From assembly GCF_009914755.1 (NCBI RefSeq), contig NC_060929.1: a stretch of DNA of 64,000 nucleotides, one strand, 5' to 3'. Below the pieces are notes generated by a model. The model was not told the origin of the DNA. It searched no databases and saw nothing but the letters and a program-made list of their open reading frames with translations. A program made the translations under genes and the position numbers. This document shows, in pieces, positions 26,316 to 39,278 of this stretch (positions are counted from its first letter, which is position 1; every line of letters begins with the position of its first letter). This DNA is from the human T2T-CHM13v2.0 reference genome, Homo sapiens.

Positions 26316-26877
26316 CCCTATGCTATAGTGCTATAGTGCAACTCATCAAGGCAACAGGTTAGTAAAAATCAAATACATTTTTAAAAGTTTATCTTTTTAC
26401 AGTGATTAGAGGGACTAGGTTCTAAATCATTTACCTTGCTTTGGTTAGTCAAGTATCTGGGTATCAGTCCTTGGAAGGCATGATTTGCAACATTTCTGGG
26501 AAGAAATCAGCTAATATGTAATAAAACTAAGTGTACTCATGAGAATTTTATAGTCATTTTGACTCCACAATTAAGTAAGTATTAGATATTATAAATTCTT
26601 CAATGCTGTCGCTTTTACCTGTTACCAGGGGAGGGCATCCCTGTGTGATTTCGTTAGTGTGTATGTTCATGGGACATCTTTACAAGCATCGTTTTTAAGG
26701 TTTATGTTTGGATACTTAATTATATGGCACCATTCTACAACAAGGTGAATCTGAAATGTTAATGGTTAAATCCCTGAATGGATAACTCAAACAACATCCT
26801 CTAGGAAACTCTGTTTGCAAGTACCAGAGTTACTTCAGGGTTTCAATGTATTGTTTATAATCCGTTGTATGAAAGAA

Positions 26878-26947
26878 GAACCTCTTTCCTTTATAAATTA
26901 CCCAGTCTCGGGTATTTCTTTATAGCAGTGTGTAAATGGACTAATAC
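26878..26947 (+). mobile_element. THE1/MSTA LTR 3'-terminal fragment
   Basis: AACCTCTTTCCTTTATAAATTACCCAGTCTCGGGTATTTCTTTATAGCAGTG..GGACTAATAC. Confidence 0.85.
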
Positions 26948-28244
26948 GAAGTCTTTGCTGTTACCAGTTTTATATTTAAAGGCTTAATTTCTGTATATCT
27001 CATATGCTTCAGGTATTTTTCTATTTTCACAATTTATTGACTATTGGGTTTCTAAACTGCCAGCTACAGGATTTGAGAAGTTACAATTCTCCAGCCCATG
27101 TTGGAGACTTGTCAAATTATAGTAACATTAAATGAATGGGATTTCTATTTTATTTTTCGGCATTTAATGGTAGCAAGTTCTAAGCACCATGTGTCACATA
27201 AAGTGTATGACAGTAGGGTGGTATCTAGTTACAGAAGCACAAATATGAATAATGGAACTGAAGAATCTATAATAAGTTACTGCAGGTGGTAACTCCAGAG
27301 GAAGACAGTTCTGTGTAAAAACAGCACCAATTAATGACAGATTAAAAAAAAGTAGAGAAAAAAATTCCTTTGGCACATCTAACAACCTAAGTCACCAGGG
27401 CTATAAAAATCTTCATTATTTTAATATGCATTATGAATTTTAATTTTTAAAAATACCGCTAGAATACTTTAAATCAACTTTTTAATGATAAAGAATTTAC
27501 ATTTTATGTAAAGTTTTCTTCCATACTTTGAAGGTTAATTCATTTTCATCCAGGATCTTATCCTGAGGCAACATTCAGTGCCATGGAGTGAGGCAAAGAT
27601 AAGTTTGAATTGCCATAGAGTTAAATGCACAGTGTGGAAGAAGAAAGCTCCAGGAGTGATCCAGTGTATTTATATGATAAAATATAGCTGTTATGTGAAT
27701 TTCATTGTTAATAGCTGCAGCTGTGCAGAGTGTACAAGTTTACAATGTCCTATAAAAATGATGGCTATATAGTCTCTCTGGATAGAGCTCATGAGCATCA
27801 CTTATCCTTCAGATTTGAACCCAATCTGAACAACCTTCAGAACACAGGGGCAAGTAAATTATGGATCTATGGTAATGAGAACCAAACCAACCTCACTGTA
27901 GAGAAGGGGAACTTGGGTTACTATCTGATTAGTTATGAATATTGCTTTAATGATTCAGATGAGTGAACCATTATGCTAGCTATCTACCCAGTTTAAAAAT
28001 ATCTGCTAATTCTGATACATTCCTTAAGCTTAATCTTTACAGATACTGAAGAGTTATGAAGAATTGTCTGACAGAATGAATGGCAAAGTTATATCTTTGA
28101 ATGACAAATGCAAGCCTTTGACATTTCAAGACATTCTTGCTCTCTTTGAATCAAGCCCATTATATATTTACTGAGTCTTTCTCAAAGTAAAATAAAGCAA
28201 AATAAAAATAGCAACAGCCATCAATGCTTTCCCCTCTTCTCATG

Positions 28245-28400
28245 TTAACTTTGGCCCAGATGTGACAAATACCACTTCTCCTCACATTCCATTTAATAAA
28301 AACTAGTCACAGGTCCCTAAACTTAATTGAGAAGGAGACTGGAAAATGCAGTCAGTCTTTCCATGTGTCCAAAAAGAGGAAATGGAATGACAGTGGTCTA
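28245..28400 (-). mobile_element. MLT1I/J-like LTR fragment
   Basis: CACTTCTCCTCACATTCCATT..AACTAGTCACAG..GGAGACTGGAAAATGCAGTC. Confidence 0.55.
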
Positions 28401-28956
28401 GTCAGATTCTTTAACATTGACTATTAGAGAATGCTTCCATCATTTGGTTACACCAGTATTCTCAGAGATAATAATTTTATTCTCTACAATTTAGAAGGAG
28501 CCCTGCTTTTAAGAAACTGAGTGTTTATTGAAGCTCTAAATTGGTGAGTAATTTCACTAGGAAACTTTTGTTTGGTCATTTCTGTTAACACTTATTCAAC
28601 TGGATAAAGTAACAATCTCAAACAAAGCATCATTCTACACGTCATTCTACATATGCCTCTGATCTCAGTTTGGCACCAATGTCTCACTGTCTTATGATAG
28701 TTTTCTTAGAATCCTTGGAAGACATTATTTGATGCAGGATCAGTTGACCTCTATGTTGAAGTTCAAACCTGCCAGACTATCATATTCAAAATACAAGTCA
28801 AATAATTCTAAGCAATAATGAACCTTCTCTTTGCTCTTCAACATATTCACTAAGATATATCTCCTCAAGAATTCTTGAAGAATATTATGACTCTATACTG
28901 AAAGTTTTCTTTAAAGGGGTATTGTAGAAATTTTACCTCTTGCTTCTTATGGAAAT

Positions 28957-29312
28957 TGTATTAGTTCGTTCTCATGCTGCTAATAAAGACATATCCAAAA
29001 CTGAGTCGTTTATAAAGGAAAGAGGTTTAATTGACTCACAGTTTCACATGGGTTAGGAGGCCTCATAATCATGGCAGAAGGCAAATGAGGAGCAAAGTCA
29101 CGTCTTACATGGCAACAGGCGAGAGAACTTGTGCAAGGGATCTCCCATTTATAAAACCATCAGATCTCACAAGACTTACTGACTACCAAGAGAACAGTTT
29201 GGGGGAAACTACCTCCATGATTCAATTATCTCCACCTGGTTCTTTCCTTGACATGTGGGGATTATTACAATTCAAGGTGAGAGTTGGGTGGGGACACAGC
29301 TAAACCATATTA
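28957..29312 (-). mobile_element. THE1 (THE1C-like) solo LTR
   Basis: TGTATTAGTT...AAACCATATTA; TSD GAAAT at 28952-28956 and 29313-29317. Confidence 0.93.
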
Positions 29313-30222
29313 GAAATCTTCCTAAAACTGTATTTTCATCACATCTTTCTCCAGTTTACCTCACGGCATACATTAAAAGTCTCTGCTTCTCTGTGTCTTC
29401 AGTCTCTTAACCACCTTGCCTGTCTCCATTTTCACCTCTGCCTTTCCTGCCCTTTCCCCAATAATATTCAAACACTGTGCTTCTGACAGGTAAACCACCC
29501 ACACATGTTTCCTTTATCATTAAACAACATTTAATTGACTAATTTTACAGCTATTTGACAAGCTATTAAAGAAAAAAATACGTTTCCTCTGAAATAAATT
29601 GCTTTTGCAAGTAAAATTTCACCGAGCAAGGTGTTAAATGTATTTCACAGACTACACGCTACGTGTAAGATTTGTTTCATCCCTTTTCTCATAACACCAT
29701 CTTGCAAAAGATGCTGGCAGATACTTTTCTGTGGGTTTCCACAATTCCCCAAGGGCATTCTCATTTTAGCTAGTATCACTGTTTTATGCTGTTGACCTTT
29801 CTATAACACCTATTATAGAGGATTTTCCCCCTAAAATGCATTTTTAAAACAGCATTTAAATATGCACTTGTGTTTATGTGGGCTTGTTCACTAATGATTT
29901 GTACAAGCTAAGTAGTTTTTGTCTTTGCTTTTGCAATCTCTTAGATTACTGTTCATACTTGAGAAAAATAGTTTTGTTAATTTTTCAATATTTAAAATAT
30001 TTTTATTTCACTGATGATTTATAACTGATTTGAAAAAATATGTTGTCTTTTTTCATTTTATTTTTTAACAAGTTTATGAGAGTTTGAATTGGTATGTATT
30101 GGTATACTGACTCTTTTTCAATAACAAAATGATTAGAGCTTATATTCTATCACACTCCTCTTGAGCTTGTAGAGTTTCTTTCATACAATCAGTAATATGC
30201 AAATAATACGAATAAATATATA

Positions 30223-30367
30223 TTTTTTTGAGACAGGGTCTTGCTCTGTTGCCCAAGCTGGAGTGCAGTGACGTGTCCTCAACTTCCCAGCATCTGGGCT
30301 CAATCAACTTGCCTGCCTTGGCCACCCAAAGTGCTGGGATTACAGGTGTGAGCCAGCACACCCAACC
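30223..30367 (-). mobile_element. Monomer-length AluJ (internally deleted)
   Basis: Right-arm 3' end (GAGACAGGGTC..GAGTGCAGTG) joined to the left-arm 5' part (CCCAAAGTGCTGGGATTACAGG). Confidence 0.85.
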
Positions 30368-31638
30368 AAGAATATTTTTAATACCATCTTCACTCTGAAT
30401 ATTAGAAATGACAATTAAAGAAAAAGGATGCACAGTGAGATCAAATTTATGCCTTTTAAAAAATATTCCTGAATTGGACAATTAGAACAGACCCCCCCAA
30501 AATGTGCTGTGAGTCACCCAGAGTTAGAAATATTTGATGACAGCTGACATTTCTACCTGGGGGTTAAATAAGAGGTGCTTATATTAACTGCCTCCTCCTT
30601 ATCTTATCTACAACTGTATTCTAAAATTTGGTGGGGCACACAGTGGGGTGGGCCTAGGTAACATGAACAGAAATGGAATGAGTAGTGGATAGCTCACTAC
30701 ATAGTAATCTATGGCATGAAAATCTGGTTTAAAAAGATTTTCAAAAATACACATTTATGTAATATTTTAAATAAATATTGTTAAGTATTATAAATACATT
30801 AATTATGGACATTAAAATTCAATTTGCTAAATCTTTGGAATTATTATATAACTTAGACTAAAGCAGCCAGTTTTGATTTTTTAACTCTATTACTTTTACA
30901 ATACCATTTTTCTTTCTCGACTTCCTGGGATTACTAAACACCTATGGCAACCAAGGGAGGATGAAATAAAAAAGTCCTTTTTGTTATCCTTCCAATTCAC
31001 CAGCCCTAAACTCAATATCTTGAAAACATCTCTTTCGCAGTGAGAAATTAATTCTAGCAATCAAAACCCACCAGTGAACATGTCAAACACAATCAAGCCT
31101 GGCATTTGCGTTATTACAACATCAATATGATACCTCTGTTGTCCTAGAAAACTTAAGCCATCATTGGGATTATCAATACTAGTATTTTTGCTTTATTTAA
31201 GAAATTGATTAGTTTAACGTTGCTGAATGGAAAAATAAACTTCTTGCAGATCAATAGAACACTATTCTCTCCTGTGTGTTTTCTTTCCCCCCTGATAAAT
31301 GCTTTTGATAAACGCCACTTTTGACTGTTTGCCTAGCTAACAGATTCCACATATTAAGTTTGAGCAGCTGTTGCTGACACACTGTTCCATCCTAAATGTC
31401 CTGTTTCCTTTTCAGCAACTCAGCAACAGTCTGGGTACCCAATCATGTGCTGAAGACATAAAATTATTTTGATAGGAATTAATAGAGAACACTAGCCAGT
31501 GGATGATATAAGGCTCTCTGAATCATGCCCACACTTTGTAAAAAAGCAAGAATTCTTCATGGGAATAGTTATTAAATCTAGGGAAACTGAGCAATGAATA
31601 TTGCCCCCAATACTTTATATCACTTAAAGATGACATGG

Positions 31639-32217
31639 TGAATTAGTCAGGGTTTCCCACAGACACAGAACTAATAGGATATATGTATATATGAAAGGGA
31701 GTTTATTAGGGAGAATTAGCTCACCCTAACAAAAGGTGGAGTCCCATTATAAGCCATATGCAAGCTGGGAAAGAGAAAAGCCAGTAGTGGCTCGGTCTGA
31801 GTCCCAAAGCCTCAAAACTAGGGAAGGTGACAGTGCAGTCTTCAGCCTGTGGCCCAAGAACGCCCATCAAGCCACTGGTGTAAGTCCAAGAGTCTAAAGG
31901 CTGAAGAACCTGAAGTCTGATATGCAAGGGCAGGAGGAGCGGGAGGAAGCATCCAGCACAGGAGAAAAAGAAAGAAGCCAGTACCCCAGCAAGCAAGCTT
32001 ATCCCATTTCCTTCCACTTGCTGTGTTCTAGCTGCACTGGCAGTGTATTGGATGGTGCCCACCCACACTGAGGGTGGGTCTCTCTCTCCCAGTCTATCAG
32101 CTCATATGTCAGTCTTCTCTGACAACACCCTCACAGACACACCCAGAAATAATACTTTACCAGCCATCTAGGCATCCTTCAATCCAATCAAGTTGACACC
32201 TAATATTAACCATCACA
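31639..32217 (-). mobile_element. MLT2B (ERVL) solo LTR
   Basis: Ends CAATCCAATCAAGTTGACACCTAATATTAACCATCACA; TSD CATGG at 31634-31638 and 32218-32222. Confidence 0.93.
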
Positions 32218-32841
32218 CATGGTAAGAAGTAAAAATCCTAAATTTCAAAAACATTGAGTAGTCGATTCTTAGCTATGACTTGATATGAGCTTACTCCTCT
32301 TCCTAGTTCTATCCTCGCTGCATGAGTATACAATGTATATGTGAGTACATATTTATTCTGTCAGTGATGTAAAACAAACAATATTTGTTGGCTATAATTT
32401 TAATTAATTTAATGGCTTGTACTCTTCTAATGTTGTATTTGTTTTCTCCTACAAAATTCTCAATCCCATGAGATCAAAGTTTCTGTAATACATGTGGTCT
32501 TAATCAAGTCAACATGACAGTACATGTTTGTTGAATGAACGATAAGTGAGTAAGTGAATAATGAAGAAAAATCCTCATGGTGGACATTCTAAATGGGGGA
32601 GGCAGAGTATAATTCCCTGTCTCTTCTAAAAGTTGACAACCATTTTGGAGTGCAAAAGTTAATATTGAAATAAAAGTTACATGATTCAAGACAATGACAA
32701 TGCTGTAACAAGGCAAAGATTCTATGCCACGAGTGAGTGGCACAGACTGTTTTCAGAACAAAGATTGAATCATCAGAGGCTTGGCTGTTTGAGAAAATGT
32801 TTTCAGAGGACATAGAACTTGAACTCAATCATTCAGAAAAT

Positions 32842-33070
32842 ATCATTTGAGTGTCTACTGCATGCTGAGCTCTGTAATAAATATTCGATATGCATTGTCT
32901 CATTGAAATCTCACATGTCCAGGAAATGAGTGTCTTGATTATCCTATTTTACCTATAGGGAGACTGAGGTATAGGGAGGTTAACAACTTACATAAAACTA
33001 GGAAACAGTGAAGTCAGGATTCAAAATCAAGTAGTCAGATGGCAGACACCTTTGTTCCTATCTACTACCC
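32842..33070 (-). mobile_element. MIR
   Basis: ATTATCCTATTTTACCTATAGGGGAGACTGAGG...CAGGATTCAAAATCAAG. Confidence 0.7.
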
Positions 33071-34156
33071 CATGTGCCCTTCCTAACCGAGTCTCAAAAA
33101 AAAAAAAAAGTAAAATATATAGGTGAAGGGGAGAGAAATATAATTAAATGCGTGGAAATGGCAATTCACAAGAATACTTCAAATGATTTAAGAAACTGGA
33201 GTTAACAAGCCTGATTATCCTAAGGCCACCTTATATTGAAATAATAAAATAGTGATAATGATTAGAACCATCTTTTTTGAGTTCTTTCAATGTGTCACAC
33301 ACGGTGCTGAGCACTTTGTGTGTAAAGTCCCATGGATGCCCATGATGCCCTCTGTGATCTGGTTAAGAGTCTGAATTCCAGCAGGTAGTAAAGATACGTA
33401 GGGCCAGGTTAAGGTGCTTGTCTTTCATTCTAAATGAAGAGACACTTAAGGTTTTCAAGAAGTGGAATAATACACTAATACTAATGAATATTTCTATGTA
33501 AATATTATACACATTTCTAATGACTGTAGTTTGTGAAATCTTATAAAAAAGATACTTTAGCAAGATTAATCTACTGAGATTGGAAAGGACAGATTTCCCG
33601 TGTATGAGAATGAGTGTGTGCATATGCATGTGTGTTGGAGAGGGGAGCCACGTTCTCTGAGAATTTAAGAGCAGGGATTAATTTGGATATCGAGCAATAA
33701 TGATGATCTGAAATAATAATGATCTGAAAAGCATTGGCAACATCGTGAATGAAGAATGGGATAGATTGTGTATGTGGAAGGAATGATTAGAACAAAGTAA
33801 AAAATTAAATACATTTTGAACATAAGAACATTAGCAAAATCTTTTTGTAGTTTCAAGCTAGGAGAAGAAGAGAGTCCAAATACTTCAGTCAGAAACTGGA
33901 TGCTGTACCGATGAGTGTCTTTCTACTTACCAACTCTCCATCTGCATCCTATGACTTGAATTTGGGGGTTCTGTGTGGTACTCCAGTCTCTCATAAGACT
34001 TCCCTTTGCCCAGGACCTGATATGGGAAATGACTAAACCTTGGCTGTCAGAGATGTCTTTGTTTGTCAATTTGTTTGAAACAATTACCTGATCTGAACAA
34101 AATCAGTGAATGAAGGTGGATGTGGGTCTGTTTCCTCTACGGCTTCTCAGGATGCA

Positions 34157-34189
34157 TTGTAGCACCCAGAGCAGCTGGCAGGGGGGAGT
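34157..34189 (+). promoter_or_regulatory. Candidate CTCF site with upstream module
   Basis: TTGTAGCACC-CAGAG-CAGCTGGCAGGGGGGAGT aligns with the recalled CTGCAGTnCC-N5-YNRCCRSYAGRKGGCRS pattern at the correct spacing, with 2 core mismatches. Confidence 0.45.
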
Positions 34190-35644
34190 GGAGCTGCATA
34201 TATTCTAATATGGTTAACTTATTCTAATGAGCTGCATTCTCTAAAATCAGACTTGCTGATGTTGTCAGGAAATAAATTTAACTCCCCCGCACAAATAGAT
34301 GTGAGACTGAATTCTGTGATACGTTTTATTTTCCACAAGGTAATCAAGATTCATAAAACTCCGATTTAGGATCCGGGCATCAGGAAGTCATGTCCTTGAG
34401 GGCAACAAAATCTCGTAATAAGAAATGTGTTTCAATGCTCTTATTCTCATGGGATCTGATAAATGGAAACAGCAGAGTTGAATCGTACTCTCTTATTTAG
34501 CTTCATTGTCCTTTCTGCTCTGTAAGTCATTCAACACCAAGGTAAGGAAATATGTAAAATGTGCAGTATTTACTTCTGGATCAGAAAATACTACTCAATC
34601 AAAAGAACAGAACATGAAGTGGGTAGCACATTACATTTTAAGGTTATCAATATCTTCAATATTATGCTAAATTCTTAAATCTCCCTTTAATGGTCAAAAA
34701 TCAAGGTAACATCTCTTTTTTTCCTCTTTTCCCTGGAATTATTAACTTCAAGGCGGAAGGTGATGAGACCATCCCCAATCTATCCTTTTCACCTTTCCCA
34801 CCCCACCTCCAGCCCCCCAGTGCATTATCACCAATAGCTCTCCAAATAACAACCCATTAAGGAGAGATTTGGCAGCAAAATGAGAGCCAGTAGAGTAAGA
34901 GCTAAGAAGTATGATCACATGTAATTTTTAAAACTTGCTTATTTTAAAAACATGAAATACTTTCAACTGTTGTAATGTAACTCATAAAAAGCCCCAAGTG
35001 CATGGCTGGACTGAGGTACACTCAGAACTTCCAGGGCCAGCATTCCGAGTTGAAAGTCAAGATTGATAATACACAGTATTCTATACCTGATACTTAGAAT
35101 CCACTGAAGACAAGTTTTCATCACTAAAATAAAAATAATTAATAGCACACTTAAGTATTTTCTATTAAATGTGGAAAACAAAATCCGCTCACGGAGTCAA
35201 TTTACCTTGTTAGACTTCCTGGGTGTGTGACCCTGAAAACCTGAAGGAATCTGCTGCTTGTAACTTTGAAAATGCCAGTGCTGTGTCTGTGATCAGGAAA
35301 ACACAAGATAATGGGTAAAATGACCTTCGGAGGAAGTAAAGGAGGAAGTAGTAGTTTGACAGACATGTAGAAAATGTGGAAGTAAATTATGAAAGGCAGA
35401 ATGTATTGATTAAATATTTGGTTGTGGGAAATGTAATTTCTTTAGTTGTGGAATATATAAAGAGTTGGCCTGATGAGATGGTGATGTTGGTCAATGTGTT
35501 TAGTAAGGCTTTTATCATCTATTCTTAGATATAAGACAGGAAAAGACACTCAAGGGGAGATATGCTGCCATTACACTTAGAAAGAAATGCAGGATTCATT
35601 CCACAGAATCTGTACATCCTCATGTGAGTGATTCTCCATGTGAG

Positions 35645-35775
35645 CTATTCTCAGCTGATGCATAGGTATCACACCCAGGGATTCTGATTGAATTGGTTTC
35701 AGGTATAGCCTAGGCAGTGGTAGTTTTAAGGGTTCCCCAGGTGACTCAAATATGATACAAGGATTAATAAACATT
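35645..35775. mobile_element. MER5 hAT-Charlie fragment
   Basis: CCCAGGGATTCTGATTGAATTGG..TTTTAAGGGTTCCCCAGGTGACTC. Confidence 0.7.
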
Positions 35776-35789
35776 ACCCCCATGCTAGA

Positions 35790-36318
35790 ACTAATGATTT
35801 TCTCTAATAATATTTACCACTCTCACCTTTCTCCCAATCTCCACAATATCCCACCCCCAATGAGCCCATCTGCTGTTAGAAGAGGCCAAGTCCACTTCCA
35901 CCTGAGGACTTTGTATGTGTTGTTTTTTATTGCAATGTTCTGACACTGACCACTCCTTTCTTTCACTGTTTTCAGCCCTTGTAGATAGCTGCGGGGATGG
36001 CTCATTCAAATGTCACCATCTCAAACAGGTCACTTTTGACCTTACATCTAATCTAAAAAGACTCCCCATTCACATTAATCCTCAGCAGTTCGAAATCTAT
36101 TTTATTTTCTTCATGGCATTGATCACTATTGGAAATCCTCACTCAGCCAGGCCTTTTCTGTTTGCTAGCTGACAGCACTCACTACAAACCAAACTGCATT
36201 GTCCTTCTCGTGCTGTTTACTAATGTGGCCTTTGTGCCTAAAACCATGCCTGGCACATAGGAGCATTTGCTAAATATTTACTGAGTAAATGAATGAGTGA
36301 GTGAGTTGAGTGAATGAA
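35790..36318 (+). mobile_element. L2 3' end
   Basis: TCAAATGTCACC..GCCTGGCACATAGGAGC..AAATATTTACTGAGTAAATGAATGA. Confidence 0.8.
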
Positions 36319-37591
36319 ATGTAAACTGAAAAAGACAATGCATAGGAAAGTATTTCTGGACCATGAGTTATTGGTTACTAAATCCCAGTGCCTTCCTTAT
36401 ATTACAGAATACATTTAATCTCCTTTCTATGTAACAGCATTTTTCTTCTCTAGGCCTTTTTTTTTTTTTTTTAACTTTCTCAAAGCAATAAGTGAAACAG
36501 ACTTTGGATCAAAGAATGTGCGGGCACATGTGCCAATAACCAAAACAATTTTCTATCACAAAATTCAATCAGGGCTTCTTTAATCAGGACATAAATCTTT
36601 CAGACACACATCACAGACTGTACCACATAAGACCATAACTGCTTTTTTTTTTTTTTTTGCTTTTTCCCCCATCCATTTTGCAATTACAACCTATCAGTGG
36701 AAGAGGAACAGCACTGAAGTAGCATAGAGAAAGCAATATCCTGAAAAAGCAGTTTTAAACATGATGAACTTGGTACTTTTAGTTTGTCTCAGTCTGCAAT
36801 TTCAACTCTCATAGGACTCAATGAAATGGAATCAGGCAATGCCGATCAATAATCTGAAATTCTGTTGTAAAGGGTATAGTATAAAATAAACATTAAGAGC
36901 TACAGACTGTTCTTCTATCAGCAACACCCTAATTTCTTCTAAGCCTATGGAATTTTAAGAGTGATAGCGAGAACTTTTTACCTGTAAACATTGCACACAT
37001 TTCCTCTTTTTGTTCAACCCAGTGAGAGCATTTGATGAGAAATGCTGAGTTTATCCTGAACAATCTTTTCATCCGTTTCATATATTTGTCATAAAATGTG
37101 ACCATCTGAGTGTTGGCTGTATTTAGCAATCAACATATACAAAAGAATGAAAAAATGCAAAAAAATCTTATCAAATAGTAATTTTTTGGAAAAAATAAGT
37201 AAAAGTCTATTACTTAGAGAAATTTTAATGGAAATATTGTTAGTTCATTCAAACTAATCAAAGAGTTAATGATAGACAAACTTATTATATATTGTTTTTT
37301 GAAACTTGGAGTTTGGGATTTGCAGTGGTAAGAATCATGAAAGTGGAAGGGCAAGGAAGAAGGATAAGCTGCCCTATTCTCATAAGCTTTAGGTTAATAA
37401 GCTCAAAAGATATCTGTATGGTGCCCAAAAATAATGCATACTTTTCCACAGTGTAACCTAACTGTGGAATTTATGACCAGCAGTATAATATATCTGGGTC
37501 AGAAAACACGCATTAAGGTCTAGACTGGATACCAAAGCATAGAAAAATGTTTTTGCATAGAAAAATGTCTTAATACGAGGATCTCATACAA

Positions 37592-37892
37592 TAGGGGTCC
37601 CCAGCCCCTGGACCACGGACTGGTACCATAGGTCAGTGGCCTGTTAGGAACCAGGATGCCACAGCAGTTGGGGAGCAAGCATTACCACCTGATCTCTGTC
37701 TCCTGTCAGATCAGCGGTGACATTAGGTTCTCATAGGAGCGTGAACTCCATTGTGAACTGTACATACAAGGATCTAGGTTGCGTGCTCCTTATGAGACTC
37801 TAAAGCCTGATGATCTGAGGTGGAACAGTTTCATCCTGAAACCATCCCTCCACGAAACTGGTCCCTGGTGACAAAAAGGTTGGGGACTGCTG
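37592..37892 (+). mobile_element. MER1B hAT-Charlie element
   Basis: TAGGGGTCCCCAGCCCC...AAAAAGGTTGGGGACTGCTG; perfect 8-bp TSD TCATACAA at 37584-37591 and 37893-37900. Confidence 0.92.
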
Positions 37893-38344
37893 TCATACAA
37901 TATAAGAACATTCATAAATGCATTGTTATATCAAATGTAAAAAAAAGATACGTTTTAGTTCTGTGCATGTAATTTATTTTACAAAATGGAATTCTAACAT
38001 TCTGTTCTATAGATGGGTTTGAAGAGGTTTTTTTCAATTAAAATCTAAAGTTTTAATTTTAATGATGTTTCAAATATCCAAAGATACAAACACTCATCCC
38101 CCAAATGTAACAGATGTTGTCATTTTCCTATATTTTCTTCAAAGGTATCTCTCATTTTTCAAATAAAGGAAAAGTTATAGATACCATTTTATCCCCATCC
38201 TCAATAACTCTCCACCATTTCTCAAAGTTAATCATTATCTGGAAATTAGAGTCTTATTTTCTTAATTCCCATCAATCTATCTTTTAGGTCTCTTTATTGC
38301 TGTTTCGTGCTTTGTATCTCTTTGTCTCTGTGGGCAGTGATCTG

Positions 38345-38523
38345 GGGATTCTTCATTTACTAACTACGTGATTTCAAGCAACATACCCTCTATATATCAG
38401 CTTAATTTGTAAAATGTTGGCAACAATAGTGCTTATTTTATTGGGTTGCTAGAAGATTAAGTGAGTCATTTGTGAAGCACTTAGAAAAGAACCTGGCATA
38501 CAGTAAGCATACTTAAAAGTTTG
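38345..38523 (+). mobile_element. MIR
   Basis: TGTAAAATG..AGATTAAGTGAG..AAGCACTTAGAA..CCTGGCATACAGTAAG. Confidence 0.7.
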
Positions 38524-39019
38524 TAAATCAAATTCCTCAAAGATATACTTCATTATTTCTTTCCTTGTCTCCAAACTAGAGTTTACCTCATCCATGGTAA
38601 TTTTCTTTATCATTTCAATACTATGTCTTCATTGCCAATATTTCTAATTGGTTCTTTTTAACCCCCTATTCTTGTTTTATTTCTGCCTCTGTTTTTTATT
38701 CCACACATTTTTGGTCTTTTAAACTGGATATTATCCTTTAATTTGCTTTTTATAGCTTTGTTCATAAGATTCTATGAAATTCATTTATTGAATAAATTCC
38801 TATTTATATTTTTATTTGTTGGCTATCATTTTTGTCAACTCTTTTACTTTACGTGTTATTTCTTTATTTTCTGCTTGATTCTTTCCTCCCCTTTACCCCA
38901 AATCAGCTACCTGCCTACAAATCTTGTGTTAGCAATTTGATGTGGCCTTTTCGTATTTTGCTTCACACACATACACACATACACAGAGAGAGATTTGGAG
39001 ACATACTTTTATAATATGG

Positions 39020-39278
39020 CATGTATCAAGGTATATTTTGTAGAATACATGAGAAAAATATTAAAAGATATGATATAAGTATCCTGCAATCAAACAGTTT
39101 TGGGAAACACTGCATCAAATAAAATTGAATAGGTTTCTCTACTGCAAGATTTCTTGATGCATTTATCATAGAAATGTGTGCAAACTGTGTATTCCCCCAA
39201 ATCATTCAACAAGAGGACACTTTCTTAACAGGTAAATTCATGTATTAGTATTATGAGGAACAGGCTTTGGGAAGTACT
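39020..39278. mobile_element. Old hAT-Charlie MITE (MER112/MER117-like)
   Basis: Repeated TTTGGGAA(A/G) termini-like motifs and AGGTTTCTCTACTGCAAG. Confidence 0.4.

Noticed and set aside
33090-33110. GTCTC plus A14, resembling an Alu 3' end
   Set aside because: Too short, and no TSD is visible.
37537-37568. 14-bp direct repeat GCATAGAAAAATGT separated by TTTT, resembling an empty TSD
   Set aside because: It does not match an L1 endonuclease site; simple slippage duplication is sufficient.
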